DNA from: a virus
Strand: one strand, 5' to 3'
Length of the DNA: 64,000 nucleotides
IMG/VR virus record: IMGVR_UViG_3300021964_012561
Coordinates: 1-64,000 of that record
The stretch's first letter is position 1; each line of letters begins with the position of its first letter. This document shows positions 20,168 to 29,000 of the stretch, piece after piece. The position numbers and the translations under genes are program-made. The notes under the pieces are model-generated. The model was given only the letters and a program-made list of their open reading frames with translations, was not told the origin of the DNA and searched no databases.

Positions 20168-21093
20168 TAAATTTATTTAATATTAACAATTACAAAGTTG
20201 ATATATCAAAATTTGGAAATCATCTTCACGGAAAAGTAGTAAGTGATTTTGAAAATAGTTTCGCTAATTATGTCGGTGCAAAATATGCATGCTCAGTATC
20301 TAGTGCGACTAATGCCATTTTTCTAATTTTCGAAGGTAAAGAAGAGCTAGTTAAAGTTCCTAGCATGTTACCTCCTGTTGTTAACAACGCTTTAATAAAA
20401 GCCGGAAATAAAATAGATTATACAGATAATGTTGATTGGGTAGGTGATTCTTACGTTTTGCACCATTTTAAAAATTACAAAGTAATAGACTCTGCTCAAA
20501 AAGTAGAAAAAGATCAATTTAAAAAAGAGGCAAATCCTGATGATCTGATGCTATTTAGTTTTTATCCTACAAAACCTGTAGGGAGTATTGATGGTGGAAT
20601 AATTGTTTCAAATGATTATGAAAAAATAAAGTACTATAAAGAAGCTACCTTGAACGGAATGAGTTTCTCCAATAACAATTGGGAAAGAAAAATTAAATTT
20701 CCTGGATGGAAAATGTATATGAATTCTTTTCAAGCCTATATTGCAATGAAAAATTTAAAAAAGTTAGATGAAAAGAAAAAATTATTAAAAAAAGTTAGAG
20801 AATCTTACAATAAGTCGTTTAAATACGAAAATACTAGTGAACATCTGTACAGACTAAACGTAAGCAACAGAGAAAAGTTTATTCAAATACTAAAAGCAGA
20901 AAAAATAACTTGCGGTATACATTATAAGGCTAATCATAATAATGATGTTTATAAGTTTAATAAAAATTATGACTTGCCAAAAACAGAAAAATTTGAAAAA
21001 CTAACAGTCTCTATTCCTTTTCATGAAAAATTAAAACAAAAAGAAATAAAAAAGATAATCAGTGTTGTTAAAAGCACTGGCCTGTTAGTGTAA
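20164..21093 (+). CDS. DegT-family aminotransferase (internally shortened)
   Basis: SSATNA, IDSAQ, SFYPTK, DGG, GIHY, SIPFH. Confidence 0.85.
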   Translation: MINLFNINNYKVDISKFGNHLHGKVVSDFENSFANYVGAKYACSVSSATNAIFLIFEGKEELVKVPSMLPPVVNNALIKAGNKIDYTDNVDWVGDSYVLHHFKNYKVIDSAQKVEKDQFKKEANPDDLMLFSFYPTKPVGSIDGGIIVSNDYEKIKYYKEATLNGMSFSNNNWERKIKFPGWKMYMNSFQAYIAMKNLKKLDEKKKLLKKVRESYNKSFKYENTSEHLYRLNVSNREKFIQILKAEKITCGIHYKANHNNDVYKFNKNYDLPKTEKFEKLTVSIPFHEKLKQKEIKKIISVVKSTGLLV

Positions 21094-21111
21094 TTCAAAA
21101 AGGAATAAAAA

Positions 21112-22344
21112 ATGATTTGCTTTGATTCTAAGCGTACAATAGACATTATTTTAAATAACATTTCTGACCTGAATAAAAAATGGGGTCATAGAAAAGATGA
21201 CATTTTTTTAAAACTAAATGATCAAAATAAAGAACATTTTTTTAAAGAAAAAGATCATCAAATCATCTGGAAAGAAACAGAAGAATCTTGCAATAAAAAA
21301 CTAAACGTTTTGTTTGCACATTTTAGTTTGTCTAAATATGAAATGGAAGCTATTGAAATGCCACTTTATGCTTCTAAATATTTTAACAATAAAGATACTA
21401 ATATAGACATATGTTATTTTGATTCTAGAGGAAATATAACGCAAGATAGAAGCAAAGTATATGTACAGTCTGCTAAAAGCGGTAAAAAAACTATACCTAA
21501 GACAGACAAAGAATTTCTAAAAAGTTATGATTTGCTTATAACTCGATCAAGCACGCTCAAAAGGCTTAGATCGTCTTTGCCAGAAGTTTATAATACTTGC
21601 GACTATAAAGTTAACATTCAAACAAACAATCATATTGATTGCATTGGAATTGGAGAAGACTACGCTTTTTGCTACACAGACTTTTTTGCACCGGCTGGTA
21701 GGAAATTTTTAAATGGCGCAAACGCAATTTTAGAAAAACCTAATTTTCATAAATTTAACATTGTTGTAATTGTAGGATCAGTTGTCTGGTGGAAAGGTCA
21801 AAAAGAGTGGATTAATAACATTGATCCATTACTATTGAAAGACTATATTGTTTTAATTTTAGGCCCAGTTAAATATCAAAACTATTTTGTAGATCTTTTA
21901 AACGAAGCAAAAAAGAAAAACATTGACCTGCTATACTCTGACTATGTACATCCAGACTTTTTGTGCGACGTTTTATGTTTTTCAAAGATAAGTGTAATGA
22001 ACCCTTTTATGGAGCCTCCACATCAATTAGCTTTAGGGCCGGCAAGAACTGTTGGAGAATCTATAGCTTGCAGAAACATCTGCATACATGGTTGGGCCAA
22101 CGATCCAGTCAACGGTAGAAAGAGTAATGGTAAAAACATTTCAATTCCAAGCGAATGGAAAGATTTTGTAATCATGTATGACAATGAAAACAATCAGAAT
22201 TCATCTTACTTTTACAACCAAGCATTAGAAAAAGCTAAACAGTTGAATTATAAAAACATAGACTTTGAAAATCAAATAACAGTAGAAGAAAAAAGTGATC
22301 AAATTTTTAAAAAATGTATAGGTTTGCTAAATGATAAAAAATAA
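21112..22344 (+). CDS. Putative GT-B glycosyltransferase
   Basis: VGSVVWWKGQ and PARTVGESIAC resemble GT4 motifs. Confidence 0.55.
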   Translation: MICFDSKRTIDIILNNISDLNKKWGHRKDDIFLKLNDQNKEHFFKEKDHQIIWKETEESCNKKLNVLFAHFSLSKYEMEAIEMPLYASKYFNNKDTNIDICYFDSRGNITQDRSKVYVQSAKSGKKTIPKTDKEFLKSYDLLITRSSTLKRLRSSLPEVYNTCDYKVNIQTNNHIDCIGIGEDYAFCYTDFFAPAGRKFLNGANAILEKPNFHKFNIVVIVGSVVWWKGQKEWINNIDPLLLKDYIVLILGPVKYQNYFVDLLNEAKKKNIDLLYSDYVHPDFLCDVLCFSKISVMNPFMEPPHQLALGPARTVGESIACRNICIHGWANDPVNGRKSNGKNISIPSEWKDFVIMYDNENNQNSSYFYNQALEKAKQLNYKNIDFENQITVEEKSDQIFKKCIGLLNDKK

Positions 22345-23044
22345 AATTGGTGTTTTTGCTTATAACTGGCCTCACCTTAAAACTCAGCAAGGATTAATTA
22401 ATATGTGTATGTCAGGATTTAAACCTGAGATTGTTTTTGGTGCCGACCCAGTAGAATTAAAGTTTTATAAATCAAAAATTAGAATAACACCTAAAGATTT
22501 GTATTTACACAATACTAAAGATATATGTGAATTTTACAACATACCCTATGTTGTTGTCAAACATAACAGCAAAGAATGTATGGAATTAATAAAAGAAAAT
22601 AAATTAGACTTAGGAGTAATTTTAGGGGCAAGAATTTTAAAAAAATACATTATTGATTCTTTTAAAGTTGGCGTAATTAATGCGCATCCCGGTTTATTGC
22701 CTGAAAATAGAGGTTTAGATACAATTAAGTGGGCAATAATCAAAGGGCTGGACCAAGGTGTTACTTGTCATTTTGTTGATCATAAAATAGACATAGGTAG
22801 AGAAATTGTAAAAGAAAAAATAAATGTTTATAATGATGATACATTAATTGACATTTACTTAAGAATACAGGCAAAAGAACAAAAAATGATAATTGATTCA
22901 TTAAAAAAAGTTATGCACAATAAAGATTTACATTCTTTTAAAAAGTTGACAACTGGAAACAATTACCATAAATCAGTTCCGCCTGACTTAGAAGAAAATT
23001 TGTTTGATTATTTTGTTAAGTATAAAAGTAATTATGGAGAATAA
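22331..23044 (+). CDS. Formyltransferase
   Basis: INAHPGLLPENRG, GVTCH, IDIG. Confidence 0.85.
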   Translation: MIKNKIGVFAYNWPHLKTQQGLINMCMSGFKPEIVFGADPVELKFYKSKIRITPKDLYLHNTKDICEFYNIPYVVVKHNSKECMELIKENKLDLGVILGARILKKYIIDSFKVGVINAHPGLLPENRGLDTIKWAIIKGLDQGVTCHFVDHKIDIGREIVKEKINVYNDDTLIDIYLRIQAKEQKMIIDSLKKVMHNKDLHSFKKLTTGNNYHKSVPPDLEENLFDYFVKYKSNYGE

Positions 23045-23848
23045 ATGCCCCAGATTATAAGAGACATTTTTGAAAATTACGTAAAAGAAAGATTTGATTT
23101 AAAAGATTGCATAGCAGTAAATAATGGAACAAGTGCTTTAATTGCACCCCTATGGTCAATGGAACTAAATCCTGAAGATGAAATAATTACAACACCATTT
23201 ACATTTATTGCAACTTCAAATGCAATAATAATCGCCGGTGGTAAGCCAGTTTTTGTCGACATTGATCCTAAAACTTACCTTATTGATCCGGAAAAAATTG
23301 AAGCTGCGATTACAAAAAATACAAAAGCAATTATGCCTGTTCATTTGTACGGCAGAGTTTGCGACATGGAAAAAATTAATGCTATAGCTGAAAAACATAA
23401 TTTAGTTGTAATAGAAGATACGGCACAAGGATTTGGAGCAACATGTCACTGTGGGAAACATGCAGGAATGATGTCAGATGCAGGAACTTTTTCATTTTAC
23501 AAAACAAAAAACATATCAACATTCGAAGGTGGAATGATTTGCATTCCAAAAAGTTCCAAGCTAGATGCAAAAAAAATAAGATCAATTTGCAATCAAGGTC
23601 AAGACGGTAGGTATAATCATGTTCATATTGGTTTTAATTTTAGGTTGGCTGAACCTCTTTGCCTCATGGCATATGAACAAATAAAGCTTCACATGACAGG
23701 TATCAAGGCAGAGCTAGGCATTCGAGGACCTAAACAAGGACATTATCCTAACGTAGTTTATGAACAACCTATTTACAAGAAAAAAGGAATAACAGGAAAT
23801 TGTCCAATTGCAGAAAAAGTTGCTAAAAAAATTAGGGAAAACATTTAA
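23045..23848 (+). CDS. DegT-family aminotransferase (short, WbpE/WlbC-like)
   Basis: NNGTSAL, TTPFTFIAT, IMPVHLYG, IEDTAQ, SFYKTK, EGG. Confidence 0.88.
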   Translation: MPQIIRDIFENYVKERFDLKDCIAVNNGTSALIAPLWSMELNPEDEIITTPFTFIATSNAIIIAGGKPVFVDIDPKTYLIDPEKIEAAITKNTKAIMPVHLYGRVCDMEKINAIAEKHNLVVIEDTAQGFGATCHCGKHAGMMSDAGTFSFYKTKNISTFEGGMICIPKSSKLDAKKIRSICNQGQDGRYNHVHIGFNFRLAEPLCLMAYEQIKLHMTGIKAELGIRGPKQGHYPNVVYEQPIYKKKGITGNCPIAEKVAKKIRENI

Positions 23849-24540
23849 TGTCAATTGTAGGAATACATCAACCAAACTTCATGCCTTGGATAGGTTATTT
23901 TAAAAAAATCTCAGAGAGTGACAAGTTTATTTTTTTAGACAGTGTCAAATGTTCAAAAAATTCTTATTTTAACAGAAATAAATTTTCAACATCAAAAAAA
24001 TTTGACAATTCTTTTTGGCTTTCTTGCCCAATTAAAAAAGATTCATACAAAAAAAATTTATCTGATGTTGTTTCAAGTTCTGAGTTTTTACAAAAGCATG
24101 TAAGACATTTAAAAATGAGACATTCAAAAACAAAAGAGTCAGAATATTTTAAAGAAATTATAGAGACATACAGTAAATTTAGTGCTAATGATCATTTTAA
24201 AGTTGCAGATTTTAATATAGAAATTATAAAACTAACATGCAGCTTTTTAGATATTAAAACAAAATTTTTTTTATCATCTTCGATTGATCATGATCAATCT
24301 AAATCCAAGCAATTATTATTAATAGAATTGATTAAAAGACTAGAAGGTAAAAAATATATGTCTGGGACAGGAGCAAAAGCTTATCAACAAGATGATCTTT
24401 TTTTAAAAGAATCAATTAATTTACAATATTGCAAAAACGTTAAAAATAAGTCTATTTTAATCAATGAAGAAAATGTCAGCATGATTGATTTAATTTTACA
24501 CTTTGGGTTAGATAAATGCAAAAAGATGATTTTAGCTTAA
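23848..24540 (+). CDS. wbqC: WbqC family protein (putative glycyltransferase)
   Basis: IHQPNFMPWIGYFKKI..SDKFIFLD, NRN, YMSGTGAKAY, SMIDLI. Confidence 0.88.
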   Translation: MSIVGIHQPNFMPWIGYFKKISESDKFIFLDSVKCSKNSYFNRNKFSTSKKFDNSFWLSCPIKKDSYKKNLSDVVSSSEFLQKHVRHLKMRHSKTKESEYFKEIIETYSKFSANDHFKVADFNIEIIKLTCSFLDIKTKFFLSSSIDHDQSKSKQLLLIELIKRLEGKKYMSGTGAKAYQQDDLFLKESINLQYCKNVKNKSILINEENVSMIDLILHFGLDKCKKMILA

Positions 24541-25157
24541 AAAATTATAAAAGATGCCTAGAAAAATCTATATCACTAGGTTATAATTTTTTCACATTAG
24601 ATGACTATTTCAACAATAAAGACATGTCAGATAAAAAAATAATTTTGCGTCATGACGTAGATACACAACTTGATATTGCTTTAGAAATGTCAGAAATTGA
24701 AAAAAACTTAAACGTTAGTTCTACATATTTTATAAGGATTCACTCTCATTCTTACAACCTTTTATGCATCAAAGATCTTTCAAAAATTAAAAAATTAATT
24801 AAAAATTCTCACGAGGTTGGTTTTCATTATGAGTCTGATTTTTATTTGTTGAACAACAAAAGCATTAACAAGTCTATTGATCTTGAAATTTCTTTAATAG
24901 AATATTTTTGCAACATAAAAATCAAAACAATTTGCCCACATGAACCAACAAGAACAAATTGTTTTGATTTAGAAAATGTTAGTTACAATCAAGCTTACGA
25001 TAGCAATCTTTTAAAACAATATAAATACATATCAGATAGTAGCTGTAGATGGAGAGATGGTTCTTTTTATGAAAATATTTGTGCCGGACACAAAAATTTG
25101 TATATTTTAACGCACCCTTATTGGTGGTATAATAATTCACCTATTGAAAACTATTGA
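24516..25157 (+). CDS. Polysaccharide deacetylase-like (WbmS-like)
   Basis: ILRHDVD, STYF, HEVGFH, YISDS, LTHPYWW. Confidence 0.8.
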   Translation: MQKDDFSLKNYKRCLEKSISLGYNFFTLDDYFNNKDMSDKKIILRHDVDTQLDIALEMSEIEKNLNVSSTYFIRIHSHSYNLLCIKDLSKIKKLIKNSHEVGFHYESDFYLLNNKSINKSIDLEISLIEYFCNIKIKTICPHEPTRTNCFDLENVSYNQAYDSNLLKQYKYISDSSCRWRDGSFYENICAGHKNLYILTHPYWWYNNSPIENY

Positions 25158-25163
25158 GGTAAT

Positions 25164-26171
25164 ATGAACAATAATGTTGCAATAATCGGCTGTGGGGCGA
25201 TTTTTAATAGACATGTAGAGTCAATAATAAATACACCTAATTTTAATTTAGTCGCAGTTTGTGATTCTCAAAAAGAAATAGCTGACAATAAATCAAAAAA
25301 ATATAATTGTTCTGCTTTTTATTCTATAGAAGAATGTTTAAAAAAAAGTAATGCAAATTTTTATGTTTTAGCGACGCCAAATAATTTGCATTACAAACAT
25401 GCAGTAATGTGTATAAATTCAGGAAAGAAAGTTTTAATTGAAAAACCTGCAACATTAAATGTTAGGCAATTAGAAGAAATAATTAAATTGTCCAATGATA
25501 AAAAAGTTGATGCATATGGAGTTTTGCAAGTAAGATTAAATAATTCAGTAACAGTTGTTAAAAAATGTCTAGAAAAAGGATTGCTAGGTAAGTTAAGAGG
25601 TGTAAATCTTGTACAACGCTGGCAAAGGCCTGTTGAATATTTTAGCGGCTGGAGATCTATTCCTGACGTCGGAGGAGGAACTTTGCACGAAGTAGGAATT
25701 CACTACGTAGATATATTGCAATATTTAGTCGGCGTACCTAAAGTTATTGCTTCTTCAGCTTATAACACTAAACATGTAGATGCTGACATAGAGGACACTG
25801 TATACTCACTCATTGATTATAAAGAATTTGGAGGTACGATAGAAGTAACAATTTCAGCAGAGCCTCATAATTTAGAGTGTTCTATCTCCATTTTAGGTTC
25901 TAATGGTTTTATAAAATTAGGCGGAAAAGCTCTAAACTTAGTCGAAAGTTACAATTTCTTAAGCCATGGTGCAAAAAAACAATTTGAATCAATTATGAGT
26001 AATCATGAAAACGTTACTTACATACCTCCTAACAATTACGGGTCCTATCTTGGTTCGTGTCCAAATCACTTAGGTGTGTATCAAAATTTAAACATGTTTA
26101 AGTTAGAAAATACAAAAAACTCTCTCCAGATTATTGAAAATATTTATGAAAAATTAGGAAAAAAGTATTAA
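25164..26171 (+). CDS. Gfo/Idh/MocA oxidoreductase (WbpB/WlbA-like sugar 3-dehydrogenase)
   Basis: IIGCGAI, ATPNNLH, IEKP, QVRLN, WQRP..YF, GGG, IHYVD, NLECSISILG. Confidence 0.88.
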   Translation: MNNNVAIIGCGAIFNRHVESIINTPNFNLVAVCDSQKEIADNKSKKYNCSAFYSIEECLKKSNANFYVLATPNNLHYKHAVMCINSGKKVLIEKPATLNVRQLEEIIKLSNDKKVDAYGVLQVRLNNSVTVVKKCLEKGLLGKLRGVNLVQRWQRPVEYFSGWRSIPDVGGGTLHEVGIHYVDILQYLVGVPKVIASSAYNTKHVDADIEDTVYSLIDYKEFGGTIEVTISAEPHNLECSISILGSNGFIKLGGKALNLVESYNFLSHGAKKQFESIMSNHENVTYIPPNNYGSYLGSCPNHLGVYQNLNMFKLENTKNSLQIIENIYEKLGKKY

Positions 26172-26194
26172 AATTAAATTAAAAAGAGTTAAAA

Positions 26195-27034
26195 ATGACA
26201 AATAAAACATTCCCTACAGACAAGCCGCACATATCATTTTCAGAAATTAAAGTTTGGAAAGAATGCCCATACAGGCATAAATTAACATATGTTGATAAAA
26301 TCGATATGTTTGAAGACAGCCCATATCTTCATTTTGGAACAGCTGTTCACGAAGGTTGTGAGAGGTTAATAGAGGGTACTGAGCTCGATCGTAATAAAAT
26401 CATAGGTGTAATGAAAGAAAGCTGGCAGAAAGCTGGTTTTGAAAACCCTGCATGGTATTCTAAGCAACCTGGTTGGTATAAACATGAACCGGTTTCAACT
26501 TGGGAAACTTGGGCAAATAATATGTGGGATGAAGTAATAAATTTTCTAAATGCTGAATTTCCTGGTTGGGAATGCCTTAAGGCAGAAGAAGAACTTTATG
26601 AAAAAATTAAAGATTTAGATGTTGATCTTTCTTTCAAAGGATTTATCGACGGTGTTCTTAAAGTTCCTAAAAAAAGAGGTAAAGGTCATGAATATTGGAT
26701 TATCGATTGGAAAACAGCAGGAGCATGGGGATGGCGAAGAGATAAAAAACAAGACTTAGGAATGACAGCACAGCTAATTCTGTATAAACATTTTTGGGCT
26801 AAGAAGCACGGTATCGATTTAAAAGACATCCGTTGCGCATTTATTTTACTAAAAAGAGGTGCAAAACAAGGAAAAGTTTGTGACATTGTAAAAGTATCAG
26901 TTGGTCCAAAAACTTACGAAAAAGGTCTAAAGCTAATGAGAAGCATGATTAAAACAACTAGTAAGGGCATGTTTCTTAAAAATAGAAACAGTTGTACATT
27001 TTGTCCATATAAAGGTACGGAGCATTGCAAATGA
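26195..27034 (+). CDS. PD-(D/E)XK exonuclease, Cas4/AddB-like with Fe-S cysteines
   Basis: ISFS..ECP, GTAVH, GFID, IIDWKT, QLILY; C-term CTFCPY..HC. Confidence 0.88.
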   Translation: MTNKTFPTDKPHISFSEIKVWKECPYRHKLTYVDKIDMFEDSPYLHFGTAVHEGCERLIEGTELDRNKIIGVMKESWQKAGFENPAWYSKQPGWYKHEPVSTWETWANNMWDEVINFLNAEFPGWECLKAEEELYEKIKDLDVDLSFKGFIDGVLKVPKKRGKGHEYWIIDWKTAGAWGWRRDKKQDLGMTAQLILYKHFWAKKHGIDLKDIRCAFILLKRGAKQGKVCDIVKVSVGPKTYEKGLKLMRSMIKTTSKGMFLKNRNSCTFCPYKGTEHCK

Positions 27035-27450
27035 AAAAGAAAAGAAACTGGGCTAAAAATAGGGAAATATTAAAATCAATTCCTAATCCTTCAAAAGAAG
27101 CTTATGAAATTAAAATGAAAGTTCCTGAATTAACTTTTGAAGGCTGCAGAGGTCAACCTGATTTTGCGCATCTATACATTACTTTTTATCCTAGCGACAA
27201 AGTTATAGAATTAAAATCTCTCAAAGAATACTTTTTTGCATTTCGAAGTCAAATTTATTCATATGAGCGCATAATTAATGTAATATATGACGACATGATG
27301 TCAGCATACGAACCTACAAGACTAAGATTGGTTATGGTTTGCAATCCTCGAGGCGGTATTTCATCAAAACTTACTGTTGATTCTGACTGGGGTGTTAGAG
27401 GCGGAAAGGACCAATTTAAAGATTGGGTAGGTCAACAAGAGGAATGGTAA
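27031..27450 (+). CDS. queF: QueF-like T-fold protein (type I), atypical active site
   Basis: GQPDFA, QueF motif ELKSLKEY, PRGGI; ATG overlaps the upstream stop (ATGA). Confidence 0.8.
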   Translation: MKKKRNWAKNREILKSIPNPSKEAYEIKMKVPELTFEGCRGQPDFAHLYITFYPSDKVIELKSLKEYFFAFRSQIYSYERIINVIYDDMMSAYEPTRLRLVMVCNPRGGISSKLTVDSDWGVRGGKDQFKDWVGQQEEW

Positions 27451-27687
27451 TTGGCGGAAAAGAAAGATAAATACCCAGACAATGTTAGTGGTAAATTTTA
27501 CGTAGATAAGGAATGTATTTTTTGCAATGTATGTGCGAATGCAGCTCCTAACAACTTTAAAATTAGTGATGATGGCACCCATGATGTTGTCTATAAGCAA
27601 CCTCAAAATGAAGAAGAAGAAGACGAATGCTACGAAGCTTTAGAACTATGTCCTGTCTATGCCATAGGTGACGACGGAGAAGAATAA
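27451..27687 (+). CDS. Single-cluster 4Fe-4S ferredoxin
   Basis: FYVDKECIFCNVC..AP ... CPVYAIG; acidic. Confidence 0.9.
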   Translation: MAEKKDKYPDNVSGKFYVDKECIFCNVCANAAPNNFKISDDGTHDVVYKQPQNEEEEDECYEALELCPVYAIGDDGEE

Positions 27688-27691
27688 AAAG

Positions 27692-27721
27692 TTTACATTC
27701 TAGCAATCTGCTGTGTATTAT
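27692..27721 (+). promoter_or_regulatory. Sigma70-like promoter upstream of the GT4 pair
   Basis: TTTACA-N18-TATTAT in one of the few intergenic gaps, followed by a GGAG RBS. Confidence 0.45.
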
Positions 27722-27742
27722 TAAAACAAAAAATGGAGACAC

Positions 27743-28990
27743 ATGCAGAAAAAATTAAAAGTTTTAGTTCTGTCTGATCATGCTTTGTCCACTAGTGGCG
27801 TAGGTACTCAGACTAGGCATTTACTAAACGGTCTTATAGAGAAAGGTTGTTGGTCGTTTCGACAATTCGGCGCCGCAATGAAACATTCAGATTACAATAC
27901 GGTTGTCATTAATGAAGATTTTATAATCAAGCCTATTGACGGCTTTGGAAATCCAGAAATGTTAAGAGTTGCGCTAGCAACAGAAAAACCTGATGTATTG
28001 TTTATTTTCACAGATCCAAGATTTTTTGTTTGGCTTTTTGAAATGGAAGATGAAATTCGTCAAATATGTCCTATAGTTTGGTGGCACGTATGGGATAATT
28101 ACCCATATCCTGAATTTAATGATGCCTTTTATGAATCAACAGATTTGATAAATTGTCATTCACACATGACTTATGAAATGATTAAAGGAAAGTTTCCCGA
28201 TAAAACTAACTGGATTCCGCATTCACTTCCGGAAAATTTATTTTTCCCATTAAAAGAAGAAGAAATTAAAAATTACAAAACACAACTATTAGGAAAAGAT
28301 AGGGAAGATCATTTTGTTGGCATTTGGGTAAATAGAAATGCTAAACGTAAAAGACCTAACGATGTTTTGGAATCATGGTCATTGTTTTTGAAAGATCTAA
28401 AGAGAAAAAAAGGACACAAAAAAGCAACGCTAATCATGCACACAGAACCCACAGATAACGAAGGTCCTAATTTATTTAGAACAGCTGAAATGTTAGGAAT
28501 AGAAAATAATGTCTTTTTCTCTAGAGACCGTCTGGAGTTTGAAAAAATGAACGTTTTGTACAATATATCAGACTTTTGCCTAAATATATCTTATGCAGAA
28601 GGCTTCGGTCTTTCTACGTTAGAAAGTATGATGACTGCCACCCCTATTGTCGCAGCAAAAACAGGCGGTCTGACAAAGCAAGTTTGGAACTCTAAAACAA
28701 AAAAAGCTAACGGTGTAGCGCTAGACATTGATTTAAAAACACTTGTAGGTAGTCAAACTGTTCCTTATATATATGAGGACTATGTTTCTAGTCAAACTAT
28801 TGCAGCTGGCATAATGAAGCTTTACAAAATGAACAAAAAAGAAAAAACTCGATTAAGTAAACAGGTTTTAAGTTATGCAAGAGAAACGTTTAATCATCAA
28901 AATACAATTGATCAATGGCATAATACAATGTTAAAAACGCATAAGAAATTTAAAGAAAATAAACAAAAATGGAATCTAATAGAAATTTAA
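27743..28990 (+). CDS. GT4 glycosyltransferase
   Basis: TSGVG, NRNAKRK, AEGFGLSTLESM, TGGL. Confidence 0.9.
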   Translation: MQKKLKVLVLSDHALSTSGVGTQTRHLLNGLIEKGCWSFRQFGAAMKHSDYNTVVINEDFIIKPIDGFGNPEMLRVALATEKPDVLFIFTDPRFFVWLFEMEDEIRQICPIVWWHVWDNYPYPEFNDAFYESTDLINCHSHMTYEMIKGKFPDKTNWIPHSLPENLFFPLKEEEIKNYKTQLLGKDREDHFVGIWVNRNAKRKRPNDVLESWSLFLKDLKRKKGHKKATLIMHTEPTDNEGPNLFRTAEMLGIENNVFFSRDRLEFEKMNVLYNISDFCLNISYAEGFGLSTLESMMTATPIVAAKTGGLTKQVWNSKTKKANGVALDIDLKTLVGSQTVPYIYEDYVSSQTIAAGIMKLYKMNKKEKTRLSKQVLSYARETFNHQNTIDQWHNTMLKTHKKFKENKQKWNLIEI

Positions 28991-29000
28991 GGAGAAAATT

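Noticed and set aside
4335-26171. Bacterial O-antigen/capsule locus or Gtr-type seroconversion cassette
   Set aside because: No flippase, polymerase, ligase, transporter or lipid-carrier transferase; both flanks are phage genes.
26195-27034. CRISPR-Cas system
   Set aside because: Solo Cas4-like nuclease; no cas1/cas2 and no repeat-spacer array or intergenic room for one.
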